DNA from: an uncultured bacterium
Lineage (GTDB): Bacteria > Deinococcota > Deinococci > Deinococcales > Marinithermaceae
Reading direction: 5' to 3'
DNA length: 54,681 nucleotides
Assembly: GCA_964543365.1 (NCBI GenBank)
Contig: CAZIXU010000001.1
Location: forward strand, 4,411 to 59,091
Shown: positions 21,311 to 30,416 of the stretch, in pieces
Numbering within the stretch: position 1 is the first letter of the stretch
Layout of the letters: every line of letters starts with the position of its first letter
Made by a program: the position numbers and the translations under genes
Notes under the pieces: generated by a model
Seen by the model: only the letters and a program-made list of their open reading frames with translations
Databases searched by the model: none
What the model was told of the DNA's origin: nothing

Positions 21311-22306
21311 ATGGAACGTCTGAACCTTTACGAGAAAAAGAGCGCCCGCGACGAGGAGCGCCTGGCTTACCTGGCGCGGGTGGCGATGATGTATTACGAA
21401 GAGCAGAAGACCCAGCAGGAGATAGCCAGGGCGCTCGGTATCTCCCGGTCGGGGGTGTCGCGTTTGATCACCGAGGCCAGAGCGCGCGGCGTGGTCGAAA
21501 TTATAGTTCACCACCCCTTAAAGACCGACAAGTCGCTGGAGCAGAGACTGATTGGCACCTTCGGCCTCAAAGACGCCCGGGTACTCTCCGGGCGTTACGA
21601 CGAGTACGAAGAGGTACTCGGCTGGGTGGGTAAACTGGCCGCCCGCTATTTCGAGGAACGGGTCCATGATGGTATGACGATCGGTATCTCCTGGGGCGGC
21701 GCGCTCTACGAGATGATCCGGGCGATCCGGCCGCGCGACTATCGCAACGTCGAAGTGGTGCAGCTGATCGGCGCTACCGGCGCCGAAGCGACGCCGACGA
21801 GCGGGCCCATTTTGGCCCAACTCTTAGCCGAGCGTCTACACTGCCGCAGCTACCAGCTGCACGCTCCTTTGGTGGTCAAGGAGAAGCGGGCTCGAGAAGC
21901 ACTGATGAACGAGCGCCACATAAAAGAAACACTTGAGCGCGCCCGTCGCGCCGACATGGCCATAGTCGGCGTCGGCACTACCAGCAGGGGGTACTACAGC
22001 CTGGTCAGGGCTGGCTACCTGAGCGAGGACGAAGCCGACCAGGTGCGCGCCAGCGGCGCCGTCGGTGACGTTTGCGCCCAGCACTACGACCTGCAAGGTA
22101 ACTGGCTCGACATCGACCTCAACCGCTGTGTTATCGGTATCAACCACCAAGACCTGCGCCGGATAGACAACGTCATTGGCGTCGTCGGTGGCGAGGTGAA
22201 GGCCGGCGCTATCTACGGCGCCCTGCGCGGCGACTATATCAACGTTTTGATCACCGACGAGGCGGCGGCGAGGAGGGTGCTGCAGCTTGACGGGCAGAGG
22301 GTATGA
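21311..22306 (+). CDS. lsrR: SorC/DeoR-family sugar-phosphate-binding repressor, LsrR-like
   Basis: ARVAMMYYEEQKTQQEIARALGISRSGVSRLI HTH, GISWG, GAVGD, INVLITDE; divergent from lsrA. Start placed at ATG 21311. Confidence 0.82.
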   Translation: MERLNLYEKKSARDEERLAYLARVAMMYYEEQKTQQEIARALGISRSGVSRLITEARARGVVEIIVHHPLKTDKSLEQRLIGTFGLKDARVLSGRYDEYEEVLGWVGKLAARYFEERVHDGMTIGISWGGALYEMIRAIRPRDYRNVEVVQLIGATGAEATPTSGPILAQLLAERLHCRSYQLHAPLVVKEKRAREALMNERHIKETLERARRADMAIVGVGTTSRGYYSLVRAGYLSEDEADQVRASGAVGDVCAQHYDLQGNWLDIDLNRCVIGINHQDLRRIDNVIGVVGGEVKAGAIYGALRGDYINVLITDEAAARRVLQLDGQRV

Positions 22307-22367
22307 AGCGTGACGGTCAGAATTGCGGCTGGCAGCCGGACGACCTCAATCGATAACGAATTGCCGG

Positions 22368-23354
22368 TTACTTGTCTTCGAATACAGCCCCAACCCCCTC
22401 GAGCACCAATAGCTCGCCGCTGTCCAGGTCGTAGCGAACCCGTTTGCCGCGGACCTCACCGTCGGCCCCCTTGCTGACCACCGGATCGCCGTAGAGGTAG
22501 GCGTAGCCGGCGGATTCCAGCAGCAGGGCCGATTCGGCCTTGGTTGTCCGCTCACTCTGCTTGAGGACCACGTTGCCCGTTAGGGTTATCGCTTCCGAAT
22601 CGACGTTGTAAACGAGCCGGTCGGCGCTGCCGTTAAGCGGTTCGTCGCCTGATCGCTGCAGCCTGATCGGCCCGGCGAGTTCCGCGTCGCCACTGTCGTT
22701 GTCGTAGTCGAGCCGGCGGCCGCTGGCGCGGCTCTTGCCCTGAACCACGCTCACGGCTTCATCGACTTCGGTAAAGGCGGTGACGAAGCGGTCTTCGTCT
22801 TCTATATACGTAGCGCTGCCGCTCCCCAGGGAGATTCTTTCGTAGACCCCCTTGACGCGCTCGACCAGGGCCAGGTGTCCGTAAGCGCGGGCGTCGTCGC
22901 CGAACCTGACCAGGGTTTCGTAAGGGTCGGGATCGTAGATGACGAAGCGTTGCATTTCGTGGTGGGCGGGCTCCTTTGGGATAGCGGGCTTCAGCTCGAG
23001 CAGGTAGGCGCGGCCGCCTTTGTCGCTCAGGTCGGGGTTGTATACCGCCCAGACGAAGTCGCCCGGTTCGAGGTCGGGATCGAGGCGGCTGGCCTCGTTC
23101 CACCAGAGCTCGATATTCTCGACCGTTAACGTTTTGTCGCTATGGTCGAGACCGCTCAGGACGCCCGTTTGTACGTCCAGGTACTCGATCACGAAGATGT
23201 CGCTGACTTCGTCGGGGCTGGTTTTGACGGCGACGATCGGCTTACCGTCACGCTCCAGCTCGACCTGGGGACAGGTCAGGCAGTCTTCTTCCGCAGCCGG
23301 CGGGGCCGCCGCCAGCAGAAAGAAGAGCAGCGCCAGGCTAATCCTTCGCAGCAA
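22368..23354 (-). CDS. LptA/OstA-like periplasmic beta-jellyroll protein
   Basis: Signal peptide; C-terminal LptA-type strands (ADRLVYNVDSEAITLTGNVVLKQ; GKRVRYDLDSG). Confidence 0.7.
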   Translation of the reverse strand: MLRRISLALLFFLLAAAPPAAEEDCLTCPQVELERDGKPIVAVKTSPDEVSDIFVIEYLDVQTGVLSGLDHSDKTLTVENIELWWNEASRLDPDLEPGDFVWAVYNPDLSDKGGRAYLLELKPAIPKEPAHHEMQRFVIYDPDPYETLVRFGDDARAYGHLALVERVKGVYERISLGSGSATYIEDEDRFVTAFTEVDEAVSVVQGKSRASGRRLDYDNDSGDAELAGPIRLQRSGDEPLNGSADRLVYNVDSEAITLTGNVVLKQSERTTKAESALLLESAGYAYLYGDPVVSKGADGEVRGKRVRYDLDSGELLVLEGVGAVFEDK

Positions 23355-24237
23355 CCTTCTTGAACTCCTCTAGCGGCATCTCGAATCCCTTGCGGTAGAC
23401 CTGCACGCGGTGCTTCTTGACGTTGTGCAGCAGGGTGCCGCCGGAGGTCTTGAAGCCCTCTTTTTCGTTGACGCTGCGCGCCGGCTTGCCGATGACGATC
23501 GCCTCGCCGGTTTCATCGTCGTAGTAGAGGGCGTCGCCGCGGGTCACCAACTCGCCGTCGACCAGCTCGACGCCGCCGCTGGCGATCAGTTTTTTCTCGC
23601 GGGTCAGGCTGCGCACCTCGGGGGCGTAGATCACCAAGTCGCCGCTTTCGCGCTTGCGCACCAGTTTGACCCGACCCTCTTTCATGGTAAAGATGGCCAG
23701 ACCACGTTCTTCTTCGTAGTAGACGCTATCGGCAAAGCCTTGTTGGTTGCCGTTGGTCAGCTTGACCTCGCCGGAGGAGGTGGAAATGTCGGTATCTACG
23801 TCGAAGCTCATCTCCCCGGCTTCGACGTCTACCGGGTCCTGACCCTCTTTGGCCGGTTCCTGGTGCATCTTGGCCGGCCCCGAAAGTACGCCCAATCCGG
23901 TGCTTTCCGAGTAGACCAGGCTAGGGCCCTTGGCGGTCAGGCGGCCTCGCAGCACGGTCACGCCGCCATCAAAAGTCGCCTTGCGTTCGCCCTCTGCGGC
24001 CTGCATGCTCTTGCCCTCGGGGGCCTCCAGCACCGCCTTGCGGGCGCGAATTTCAAGGTCGCCGACGGTGCCGATGATGCCGTCGGGCTTGCTGCTTTCG
24101 TAGACCCAGGGGCCGTAACGGAGGTTGCCGCTGCGCTTTCCCTCGAGGTAGCTAATCTTGATGATCCGGGTCGGGGCGGCGGCGAATACCAGAGCCAACA
24201 ACGCCAGAAGAATGAGCAGGTAGGATTTACGGTTCAC
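23338..24237 (-). CDS. LptA/OstA family protein (multi-repeat jellyroll)
   Basis: Signal peptide; repeated LptA-type strands (GPSLVYSESTG, ADSVYYEEERG, GDALYYDDETG). GTG 24237 overlaps the upstream stop and follows AAGGAG. Confidence 0.75.
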   Translation of the reverse strand: MNRKSYLLILLALLALVFAAAPTRIIKISYLEGKRSGNLRYGPWVYESSKPDGIIGTVGDLEIRARKAVLEAPEGKSMQAAEGERKATFDGGVTVLRGRLTAKGPSLVYSESTGLGVLSGPAKMHQEPAKEGQDPVDVEAGEMSFDVDTDISTSSGEVKLTNGNQQGFADSVYYEEERGLAIFTMKEGRVKLVRKRESGDLVIYAPEVRSLTREKKLIASGGVELVDGELVTRGDALYYDDETGEAIVIGKPARSVNEKEGFKTSGGTLLHNVKKHRVQVYRKGFEMPLEEFKKVAAKD

Positions 24238-24785
24238 TGTTGACACTCCTTAACGTTATCCATTTCGACTATATCCTCACCCCGCTCCCAGGAGGCTTCT
24301 TCGAGCTTGAAGTCGGAGCGGAATCCCTCGCCGCGAATGGAGATACCCGGCCCTTCGAGGGTAAAGGTGGGAGCGGAGAAACCGCGATCCTGCAGGATAC
24401 GCACCGGCGCCTTGCCCTCGCCCCCAAGGCGGATGGTGTAGCACTCTTTGGGAATCACGATCGTCGCGTAGGGGAGGGTCAGGTTGTCGTTGCGGTCGAT
24501 CGAGACCTCGGGGGCCTCGAGTGTCAGGTCGAGCTCACCGCCGACGTAGCGGGCGCCCTGGCTGAGGTCGGTGGCCTTCGAGGTTTGCCTGGCGGGGTTG
24601 TTCTCGATTTTACCGGCGTGAAAGATCCATTCGGCGTCAGGGTCGGACTTGGGGTAGAGGCGGATGGTGACCCCCTCGAGTACGACGCCCTTTTCCCGCT
24701 TGGGCGGTTCGTGGACCGGCAGGTGGGCGAAGTAGTAGGAACTGGCGGCGATTAGTAGGAGCAGCGCCAGGGCGTATCGGGTCAC
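24234..24785 (-). CDS. LptC-like membrane-anchored protein
   Basis: Single N-terminal TM helix followed by a beta-rich domain, first in the lptA-like operon; assignment largely positional. Confidence 0.55.
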   Translation of the reverse strand: MTRYALALLLLIAASSYYFAHLPVHEPPKREKGVVLEGVTIRLYPKSDPDAEWIFHAGKIENNPARQTSKATDLSQGARYVGGELDLTLEAPEVSIDRNDNLTLPYATIVIPKECYTIRLGGEGKAPVRILQDRGFSAPTFTLEGPGISIRGEGFRSDFKLEEASWERGEDIVEMDNVKECQQ

Positions 24786-24850
24786 GACTGCAGGTTAAGG
24801 CTCGCGGCGCTGAAAATAGTGAAGCGAGAGTCGAGAAACGTTAACCTCGT

Positions 24851-24879
24851 TTGAGCCGGTCGCGAACGCGCGTTATACT
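24851..24879 (+). promoter_or_regulatory. Sigma-A promoter of gfh1-lysS
   Basis: TTGAGC-N17-TATACT. Confidence 0.7.
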
Positions 24880-24929
24880 ACGCTGACGACCCAGGTATGG
24901 CCTGGGTCTTTGACCGGAACGGAGGCGGT

Positions 24930-25400
24930 ATGGCACGCGAAGTAAAACTGACCAAGGCGGGTTACGAACGCCTGCAGCAGGAACTAAAAGAAGAAAAGCA
25001 GCGTCTGGAAGAGGCCACCCGAATTCTGCAGGAGCAGATGGAGAGCTTCGAAGACTATGAAGACTCGGGCCTCGAGGAAGCCAAGCGCGAAAAAGCACAG
25101 ATCGAAGCCCGGGTAGACGCCCTCGAAGACATCCTCCGTAACGCCGTAATTATCGAGAGCGCCGCCGGTGACAAGATAACCCTTGGTTCGCTGGTCGTCG
25201 TTCAGGACGAAAAGACCGGCGAGAGCCTGACTTTGCAGATCGTCGCTCCGGCCGAAGCCACGGTTTTGGAGGACCCGATGCGCATCTCCGACGAGTCGCC
25301 TCTCGGCGGGGCTCTTTTGGGGCGGAAAGAAGGCGACAAGGTGAGGATCGACACGCCTTCCGGCAAGAAGCGCTACCGCATCCTTTCGGTGGGCGCCTGA
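24930..25400 (+). CDS. gfh1: Transcription inhibitor Gfh1 (Gre-family homologue)
   Basis: MAREVKLTKAGYERL...EATRILQEQMESFEDYEDSGLEEAK matches Thermus Gfh1 as I recall it; lacks the GreA GDLxEN tip; SD GGAGG before ATG 24930. Confidence 0.85.
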   Translation: MAREVKLTKAGYERLQQELKEEKQRLEEATRILQEQMESFEDYEDSGLEEAKREKAQIEARVDALEDILRNAVIIESAAGDKITLGSLVVVQDEKTGESLTLQIVAPAEATVLEDPMRISDESPLGGALLGRKEGDKVRIDTPSGKKRYRILSVGA

Positions 25401-25403
25401 ACG

Positions 25404-26900
25404 ATGAGCGAGCATAACGAACAGATGGCTCAGCGCCTGCGCAACCTCGAGGCGCTGGTAGAAGCCGGTTTCGAACCCTATCCTTATCGTTTCGAAAAGA
25501 CCATCAGCACCGCCGAACTACACGCCCGGCACCAAGGCGCCGCGGCGGAGCAAGAATGGCCGGAAGAGCGGGTCAGCCTGGCGGGTCGCCTCGTCAGTCT
25601 GCGGCGGATGGGCAAGGTAACCTTCGCCCATCTGCTCGACGAAAGCGGTCGCATTCAGCTTTACTTCAACCGCGACCAGACCGAGAACTACAACAAGCTC
25701 AAGAAGCTGGATGTCGGTGACCTGATCGGCGTTAGCGGCAGCGTTTTCACCACCCGCACCGGCGAGCTGACGGTCAAGGTCGAAGGTTGGAAGCCGCTGG
25801 CCAAGGCGCTCCGGCCGCTGCCCGACAAGTGGCACGGGATCAAAGACAAAGAAGTCAGGTATAGGCAGCGGTACCTCGACCTGATAGTCAACCCCGAAGT
25901 CCGCGACGTCTTCCGTAAGCGCGCCCGCATCGTCCGCGGAATCCGCGACTATTTGGAAGAGCGCGGGTTCTTGGAGGTCGAAACACCGGTCATACTGCAG
26001 ACCGCCGGCGGTACCGAGGCGCGCCCCTTCAAGACACACCACAACGCCCTAGGTCACGACTTCGAGCTGCGTATCTCGCTCGAGCTGCCCCTGAAGAAGT
26101 TGCTCGTGGGCGGTTACGAGAAGGTCTACGAACTGGGGCGGGTTTTCCGTAACGAGGGTATTGACCAGCAGCACAACCCCGAGTTCACCATGCTCGAGGC
26201 CTACTGGGCCTATGCCGATTACGACGACATGGCCGGGATGGTCGAGGATATGATTTCGGGCATCGTCAGCGACATCCACGGAACCGAGGAGATCGAGTAC
26301 CAGGGCAGAAAGATCAGCTTCGCCAAGCCCTTCAAGCGCATCTCCTTCATCGACGCCCTCAAGCAGAAGACGGGTATCGACTTCGATCCGCTCGACCTGG
26401 AAAGGCTGCGCATCTGGGCCGACGCCAAGCACCCAGAGCTGATCGACGTACCCAGCTACAAGCTGCTCGACAAGCTGTTCGAGATCTACGTCGAAGACAC
26501 CCTACAAGACCCGACCTTCGTCTACGACTTCCCGGCGGCGATCAGCCCCCTGGCCAAGAAGCACCGCAGTAAGCCCGGCCTAACGGAACGCTGGGATCTC
26601 TTCGTGGCCGGCATGGAGCTGGCCCCGGCCTACTCCGAACTCAACGATCCGCTCGACCAGCGCGAGCGCTTCGCCGAGCAGGCCCGCCGGCGCGAAGGCG
26701 GCGACGAGGAAGCCCACAAGTACGACGAAGACTTTCTGACCGCGCTGGAACACGGTATGCCGCCGGCTGCGGGACTGGGGCTGGGGATAGACCGGTTGAC
26801 GATGATCCTAACGGACCAACCCTCCATTCGTGACGTGGTCCTGTTCCCGCTTCTCAAACCCAAAACTACGGCCACAGAAGACGTCTCCGAACAGGAATAG
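25404..26900 (+). CDS. lysS: Lysine-tRNA ligase (class II)
   Basis: OB anticodon domain, [46 protein letters not shown]. Confidence 0.98.
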   Translation: MSEHNEQMAQRLRNLEALVEAGFEPYPYRFEKTISTAELHARHQGAAAEQEWPEERVSLAGRLVSLRRMGKVTFAHLLDESGRIQLYFNRDQTENYNKLKKLDVGDLIGVSGSVFTTRTGELTVKVEGWKPLAKALRPLPDKWHGIKDKEVRYRQRYLDLIVNPEVRDVFRKRARIVRGIRDYLEERGFLEVETPVILQTAGGTEARPFKTHHNALGHDFELRISLELPLKKLLVGGYEKVYELGRVFRNEGIDQQHNPEFTMLEAYWAYADYDDMAGMVEDMISGIVSDIHGTEEIEYQGRKISFAKPFKRISFIDALKQKTGIDFDPLDLERLRIWADAKHPELIDVPSYKLLDKLFEIYVEDTLQDPTFVYDFPAAISPLAKKHRSKPGLTERWDLFVAGMELAPAYSELNDPLDQRERFAEQARRREGGDEEAHKYDEDFLTALEHGMPPAAGLGLGIDRLTMILTDQPSIRDVVLFPLLKPKTTATEDVSEQE

Positions 26901-26917
26901 GCAGGATAGTCAAGAAA

Positions 26918-26948
26918 ACCACCCGCCAGCTGGCGGGTGGTCGTTTTT
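26918..26948 (+). terminator. Intrinsic terminator after lysS
   Basis: Perfect palindrome ACCACCCGCCAG|CTGGCGGGTGGT followed by CGTTTTT. Confidence 0.75.
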
Positions 26949-26999
26949 GGGACATAAAGACCGCCCTGGAAGCGCTAACCTTCTGGAAAGGGGGTAAGT

Positions 27000-27248
27000 G
27001 TGCTGAAACCGCAGGTCGAAGTCGAGAACTACAAGGTTCGCGTTCGCGGACCGCGGGAGACGGTTGCCAAGATCGCCGACCGGCTGATGGCGGCAGACTA
27101 CCCTTACACGATCGTCGGCAGCCTGGTGGGGGAGAAGTACGCCGAGTTCATCGTCCAGTTCGACGGCATTACCGAGGCCCAGTGGTTTGCCGGGATAGCC
27201 GGCGACGAGTTGATAGGGATAGAGTTCTCGGAGCCGGGAATAGAGTAG
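27000..27248 (+). CDS. Small hypothetical protein (82 aa)
   Basis: Fills the gap between the lysS terminator and sdaAA; GC3-rich codons; purine-rich AAAGGGGG upstream; protein-like alpha/beta pattern. Confidence 0.65.
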   Translation: MLKPQVEVENYKVRVRGPRETVAKIADRLMAADYPYTIVGSLVGEKYAEFIVQFDGITEAQWFAGIAGDELIGIEFSEPGIE

Positions 27249-28106
27249 TCAGTCTTTATCCGCCAAGCGTTCCAGCAGCCGTCTGGCCGTTGGGGTACAA
27301 GCCAGTCCGCCCTCGCCGGTTTCCTTTAGTTCGGGCGGCAGCAGTCGGCCGACGTTGGCCATGGCCAGAATGACCTCGTCGGCGGGGATGGGGCTGGTGA
27401 CGCCGGCCAGGGCCTGCTGAGCGGCGCTGACGGCGTGAACGGCGTAAAACCCGTTGCGCATGACACAGGGGATCTCGACGTAGCCGCCGACAGGGTCGCA
27501 GACCAGGCCGAGGGTGTTTTGCAGCGCCAAAGCAGCGGCGTTGACGGCCGCGGCCGGGCTGCCCTTTAGCAGCTCGACCACCGCGGCGGCGGCCATGGCG
27601 GCGCTGGAGCCGATCTCGGCCTGGCAGCCGCCGCTGGCGCCGGCGATGAAGATGGTCCGGCTGATGACCTTGGCGACGCCGCCGGCCAGAATAATCGGTC
27701 CGACGAGCAGCTCTTCGTCGCTCATACCCAGGTGGTCGAAGACACCTAGCAGCGCCCCCGGCAGGGTGCCGGCGCTGCCGGCGGTGGGGGCTGCCACCAC
27801 CTTGCCCATGCGGGCGTTCTCTTCGTTTACGGCCATGGCATAGGCCTGAACCCGCTTGAGCAGGGGGGCTTGCAGCGGGTCTCCTGCTTCCCAGAGGGTG
27901 GCCGCGTTCCAGCCGACCATGCCGGCGGTGCTGGGCTCGCGGCTGCGCAGTCCTCTTGCGACAGACTCGCGCATAACACGCAGGCGTTCGCGGACGACAT
28001 CGGTAATGAAGTTCGGCTCGAGCCCGGTTTCCTCAACCTCGTCGGAGAGTACGAGCTGCGAGGCAGGAGCTTTGGCTTGGGCGATGTCGGCCAGGGTCAG
28101 AGGCAT
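27249..28106 (-). CDS. sdaAA: L-serine dehydratase, Fe-S dependent, alpha subunit
   Basis: [54 protein letters not shown]. Start placed at ATG 28106. Confidence 0.93.
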   Translation of the reverse strand: MPLTLADIAQAKAPASQLVLSDEVEETGLEPNFITDVVRERLRVMRESVARGLRSREPSTAGMVGWNAATLWEAGDPLQAPLLKRVQAYAMAVNEENARMGKVVAAPTAGSAGTLPGALLGVFDHLGMSDEELLVGPIILAGGVAKVISRTIFIAGASGGCQAEIGSSAAMAAAAVVELLKGSPAAAVNAAALALQNTLGLVCDPVGGYVEIPCVMRNGFYAVHAVSAAQQALAGVTSPIPADEVILAMANVGRLLPPELKETGEGGLACTPTARRLLERLADKD

Positions 28107-28110
28107 ATAC

Positions 28111-29454
28111 TCAACCTTCAAAAAACTCGCTCACGGCCCGGCGGCCGTCGCGGATTACTTCGGGTATCCCCACCCCGCGGTAGGCGGCGCCGACCAGCGC
28201 CAACCCCGAATACTCCTTTTCCGCCGCTTCGATAGCTCGCAGACGGTCCAGGTGGCCGACGGTGTAGGCCGGCATGCCCTTGGGGAAGGTTTCGATCCAG
28301 ACCCGTTCAGGGGCCGCCTTGACGCCGATGAGCCGCTCCAGGTCGGCTAGGGCCGTTTGCAGGAGCTCTTCTTCGCTCTGCTCGGATTCGGTGCCGGAAA
28401 AGTAAGCGCGGCAGAGGGCGACGCCTTCGGGGGCACGGTGGGCCCACTTCTGATCGAGCCAGGTAAAGCCGCGGGCGCCGAAGCCCTCCGGGCGGGCGAA
28501 CAGTACGCCGTGGCCGCGCCGTTCGGGGAAACCAGCCTTGTCGAAGGCCAGGGTAACCGTAGCGGCGGAGTGGTAGGGGATGGCGCGTAATTCTGCGGTC
28601 GCTGCGAAGCCCAGCGGCTCGAGCAGAGCGGCCGCCGCCGCCGCCGGCAGCGCCAGTACCAGCAGGTCGGCTTCGTACTCGCCCTTGTTGCTGATAACGC
28701 GCCAACCGCCGCCTGACGGCTCGATTGCAGTGACCCCCTCGATACGGAGAGATCCTGCGAGGAAGTCGGTCAGGGCGTCGACCAACTGCGCCTGGCCGCC
28801 AGCGAACGAGGCGAAGAGCGAGCCACCTTCGCGGCTGGTCTTGCGTTTCTTCATCGCCGCCAGCGAGCCGAGTATCAGGCTGCGGTGTTTGCGCTCCAGC
28901 TCCTTGAGCATGGGGAAGGCGGCCAGCAGCGAGAGGTTCTCGGGGTCGCCGCCATAGATGCCGCCGGTGAGCGGCGCGGCCAGGTTTTCCCAGACTTCAC
29001 GTCCCAGCCGCCGGCGAATGAAACGGCCGAAGGCCTCGTCGCCTTCGGGGCCGCGGGGCAGCAAGAGATCGAGGCCGGCACGGAGCTTACCCAGGGGGCT
29101 GAAGAGGCTGGTCCTCGCTAGGGGGCCGAGTTTGGATGGAATGACGACGTTCAGGCCTTCGGGCAGCGGATGGTTGCGGCCGCGAACGCGGATGTAGGCC
29201 GCCGGCCGCGCCGGCAGGGTGCCGACAACGTCGCCCTCGAGCCCCAGTTCGCGGGCCAGCGCCAACGCCCAGGGTTTGTACCTGACAACGGCATCGGGGC
29301 CTGTTTCGATGACGAAGTCGTCTTCGCGGATCGTGCGCACCTTGCCGCCGATTCGCTCACTTTCCAGCAGCACCACCTCGGCGCCGCGCTGGCGGGCTTC
29401 GTAGGCGGCCGCCAGACCGGCCAGTCCGCCGCCGACCACCACTACCCGCTTCAT
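28111..29454 (-). CDS. hemY: HemY-type (copro/proto)porphyrinogen oxidase
   Basis: [44 protein letters not shown]. True start ATG 29454 overlaps the hemH stop. Confidence 0.92.
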   Translation of the reverse strand: MKRVVVVGGGLAGLAAAYEARQRGAEVVLLESERIGGKVRTIREDDFVIETGPDAVVRYKPWALALARELGLEGDVVGTLPARPAAYIRVRGRNHPLPEGLNVVIPSKLGPLARTSLFSPLGKLRAGLDLLLPRGPEGDEAFGRFIRRRLGREVWENLAAPLTGGIYGGDPENLSLLAAFPMLKELERKHRSLILGSLAAMKKRKTSREGGSLFASFAGGQAQLVDALTDFLAGSLRIEGVTAIEPSGGGWRVISNKGEYEADLLVLALPAAAAAALLEPLGFAATAELRAIPYHSAATVTLAFDKAGFPERRGHGVLFARPEGFGARGFTWLDQKWAHRAPEGVALCRAYFSGTESEQSEEELLQTALADLERLIGVKAAPERVWIETFPKGMPAYTVGHLDRLRAIEAAEKEYSGLALVGAAYRGVGIPEVIRDGRRAVSEFFEG

Positions 29455-30416
29455 TCTTCCTCCCCCTGCCAAGCGGCTTCGACGATGTCGGCCAGCACGC
29501 GGACGTAGTCGAGGTCGTCGTTCAGGCTGGCGGCGCGTACCAGATGAATACCTAGTTTCTGAGCGGTTTCCTGCGCTTCGTAGTCGAGGTCGAAGTATAC
29601 CTCGAGGTGATCGGCCGGAAAGCCGACCGCGGCCACTACCGCCTCTCGCACTCCTTCGGCGGCGGCGTTTTCCAGGGCGTCGTTTATGTCGGGGCCCAGC
29701 CATTCTTCGCCGGTCCTGCCGGCCGACTGCCAGGCCACCTGCCAGTTTTCGACCCCCAAACGGGCGGCTATCAGACGGGCGGTGGTCTCGACCTGACGCG
29801 GGTAGATACCGCCGTCGGCCTCGACCGCTTTCATCGGCACCGCGTGGGCGGTAAAGAAGACTCTTGCCTTGGCAGGATCGCGGACGCGCCAGAGGGCGGC
29901 GGAGACCCGCCGCGCCAGGGCGCTGATGTAGCCGGGGTGGGCGTAGTAGTCTTGTACGAACTTCACCGGGAAGGGCTCGCCTAGCTCGTCCAGAGCCAGC
30001 TCCAAGCGCTCACGGTATTCGGCGATGGAGCGAAGGGAATAGTGGGGTGCGGTCACCAGCGCCACCGCCCTGTCCACGCCGTCGTCGGCCATCTGCCGCA
30101 GTGCTCCGGCGATGAAGGGTGGGTTGTGCTTGCCGCCCAGGTAGACGCGGGCGTCGTAATCGGTCAGGCGCGGCAGGGGGGCGCTTTGCAGGCCGCCGGG
30201 AAAGCGGGGCAGGCGCAGGTTGAGCTCGGCCTCGAGCCGCCGGGCCAGCGAGAAGGTGACCTCGTTCAAAGGGCTCTTGCCGATCATCCGGTAACGCTCG
30301 ATAAGTTCGTCCAAAAGCGGTTTTGGCGGCTTGTGGCCGTGGCGGATATCGGTGTAGTAGGCTTCGATCTCCGACTCGTCGTAGGGCGTACCGTAGTACA
30401 TCAACAAAACGTTCAT
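29451..30416 (-). CDS. hemH: Ferrochelatase
   Basis: LLMYYGTP, YYTDIRHG, FTAH, WQSAG, WLGPD, GFPADHLEVYFDLD. Confidence 0.95.
   Translation of the reverse strand: MNVLLMYYGTPYDESEIEAYYTDIRHGHKPPKPLLDELIERYRMIGKSPLNEVTFSLARRLEAELNLRLPRFPGGLQSAPLPRLTDYDARVYLGGKHNPPFIAGALRQMADDGVDRAVALVTAPHYSLRSIAEYRERLELALDELGEPFPVKFVQDYYAHPGYISALARRVSAALWRVRDPAKARVFFTAHAVPMKAVEADGGIYPRQVETTARLIAARLGVENWQVAWQSAGRTGEEWLGPDINDALENAAAEGVREAVVAAVGFPADHLEVYFDLDYEAQETAQKLGIHLVRAASLNDDLDYVRVLADIVEAAWQGEEE

Noticed and set aside
14357-22367. lsr block as a mobile element
   Set aside because: No integrase, transposase, tRNA site or flanking direct repeats visible; older horizontal acquisition is still possible.
24930-25400. 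greA call
   Set aside because: Lacks the GDLxEN catalytic tip; matches Gfh1.
29455-29703. 83-aa Arg-rich N-terminal extension of hemY in the ORF track
   Set aside because: Overlaps hemH; the real start is ATG 29454 at the FAD-binding motif. Similar over-extensions were trimmed for lsrB, lsrA, lsrR, gfh1, hemE, aroE, PFOR and metF.
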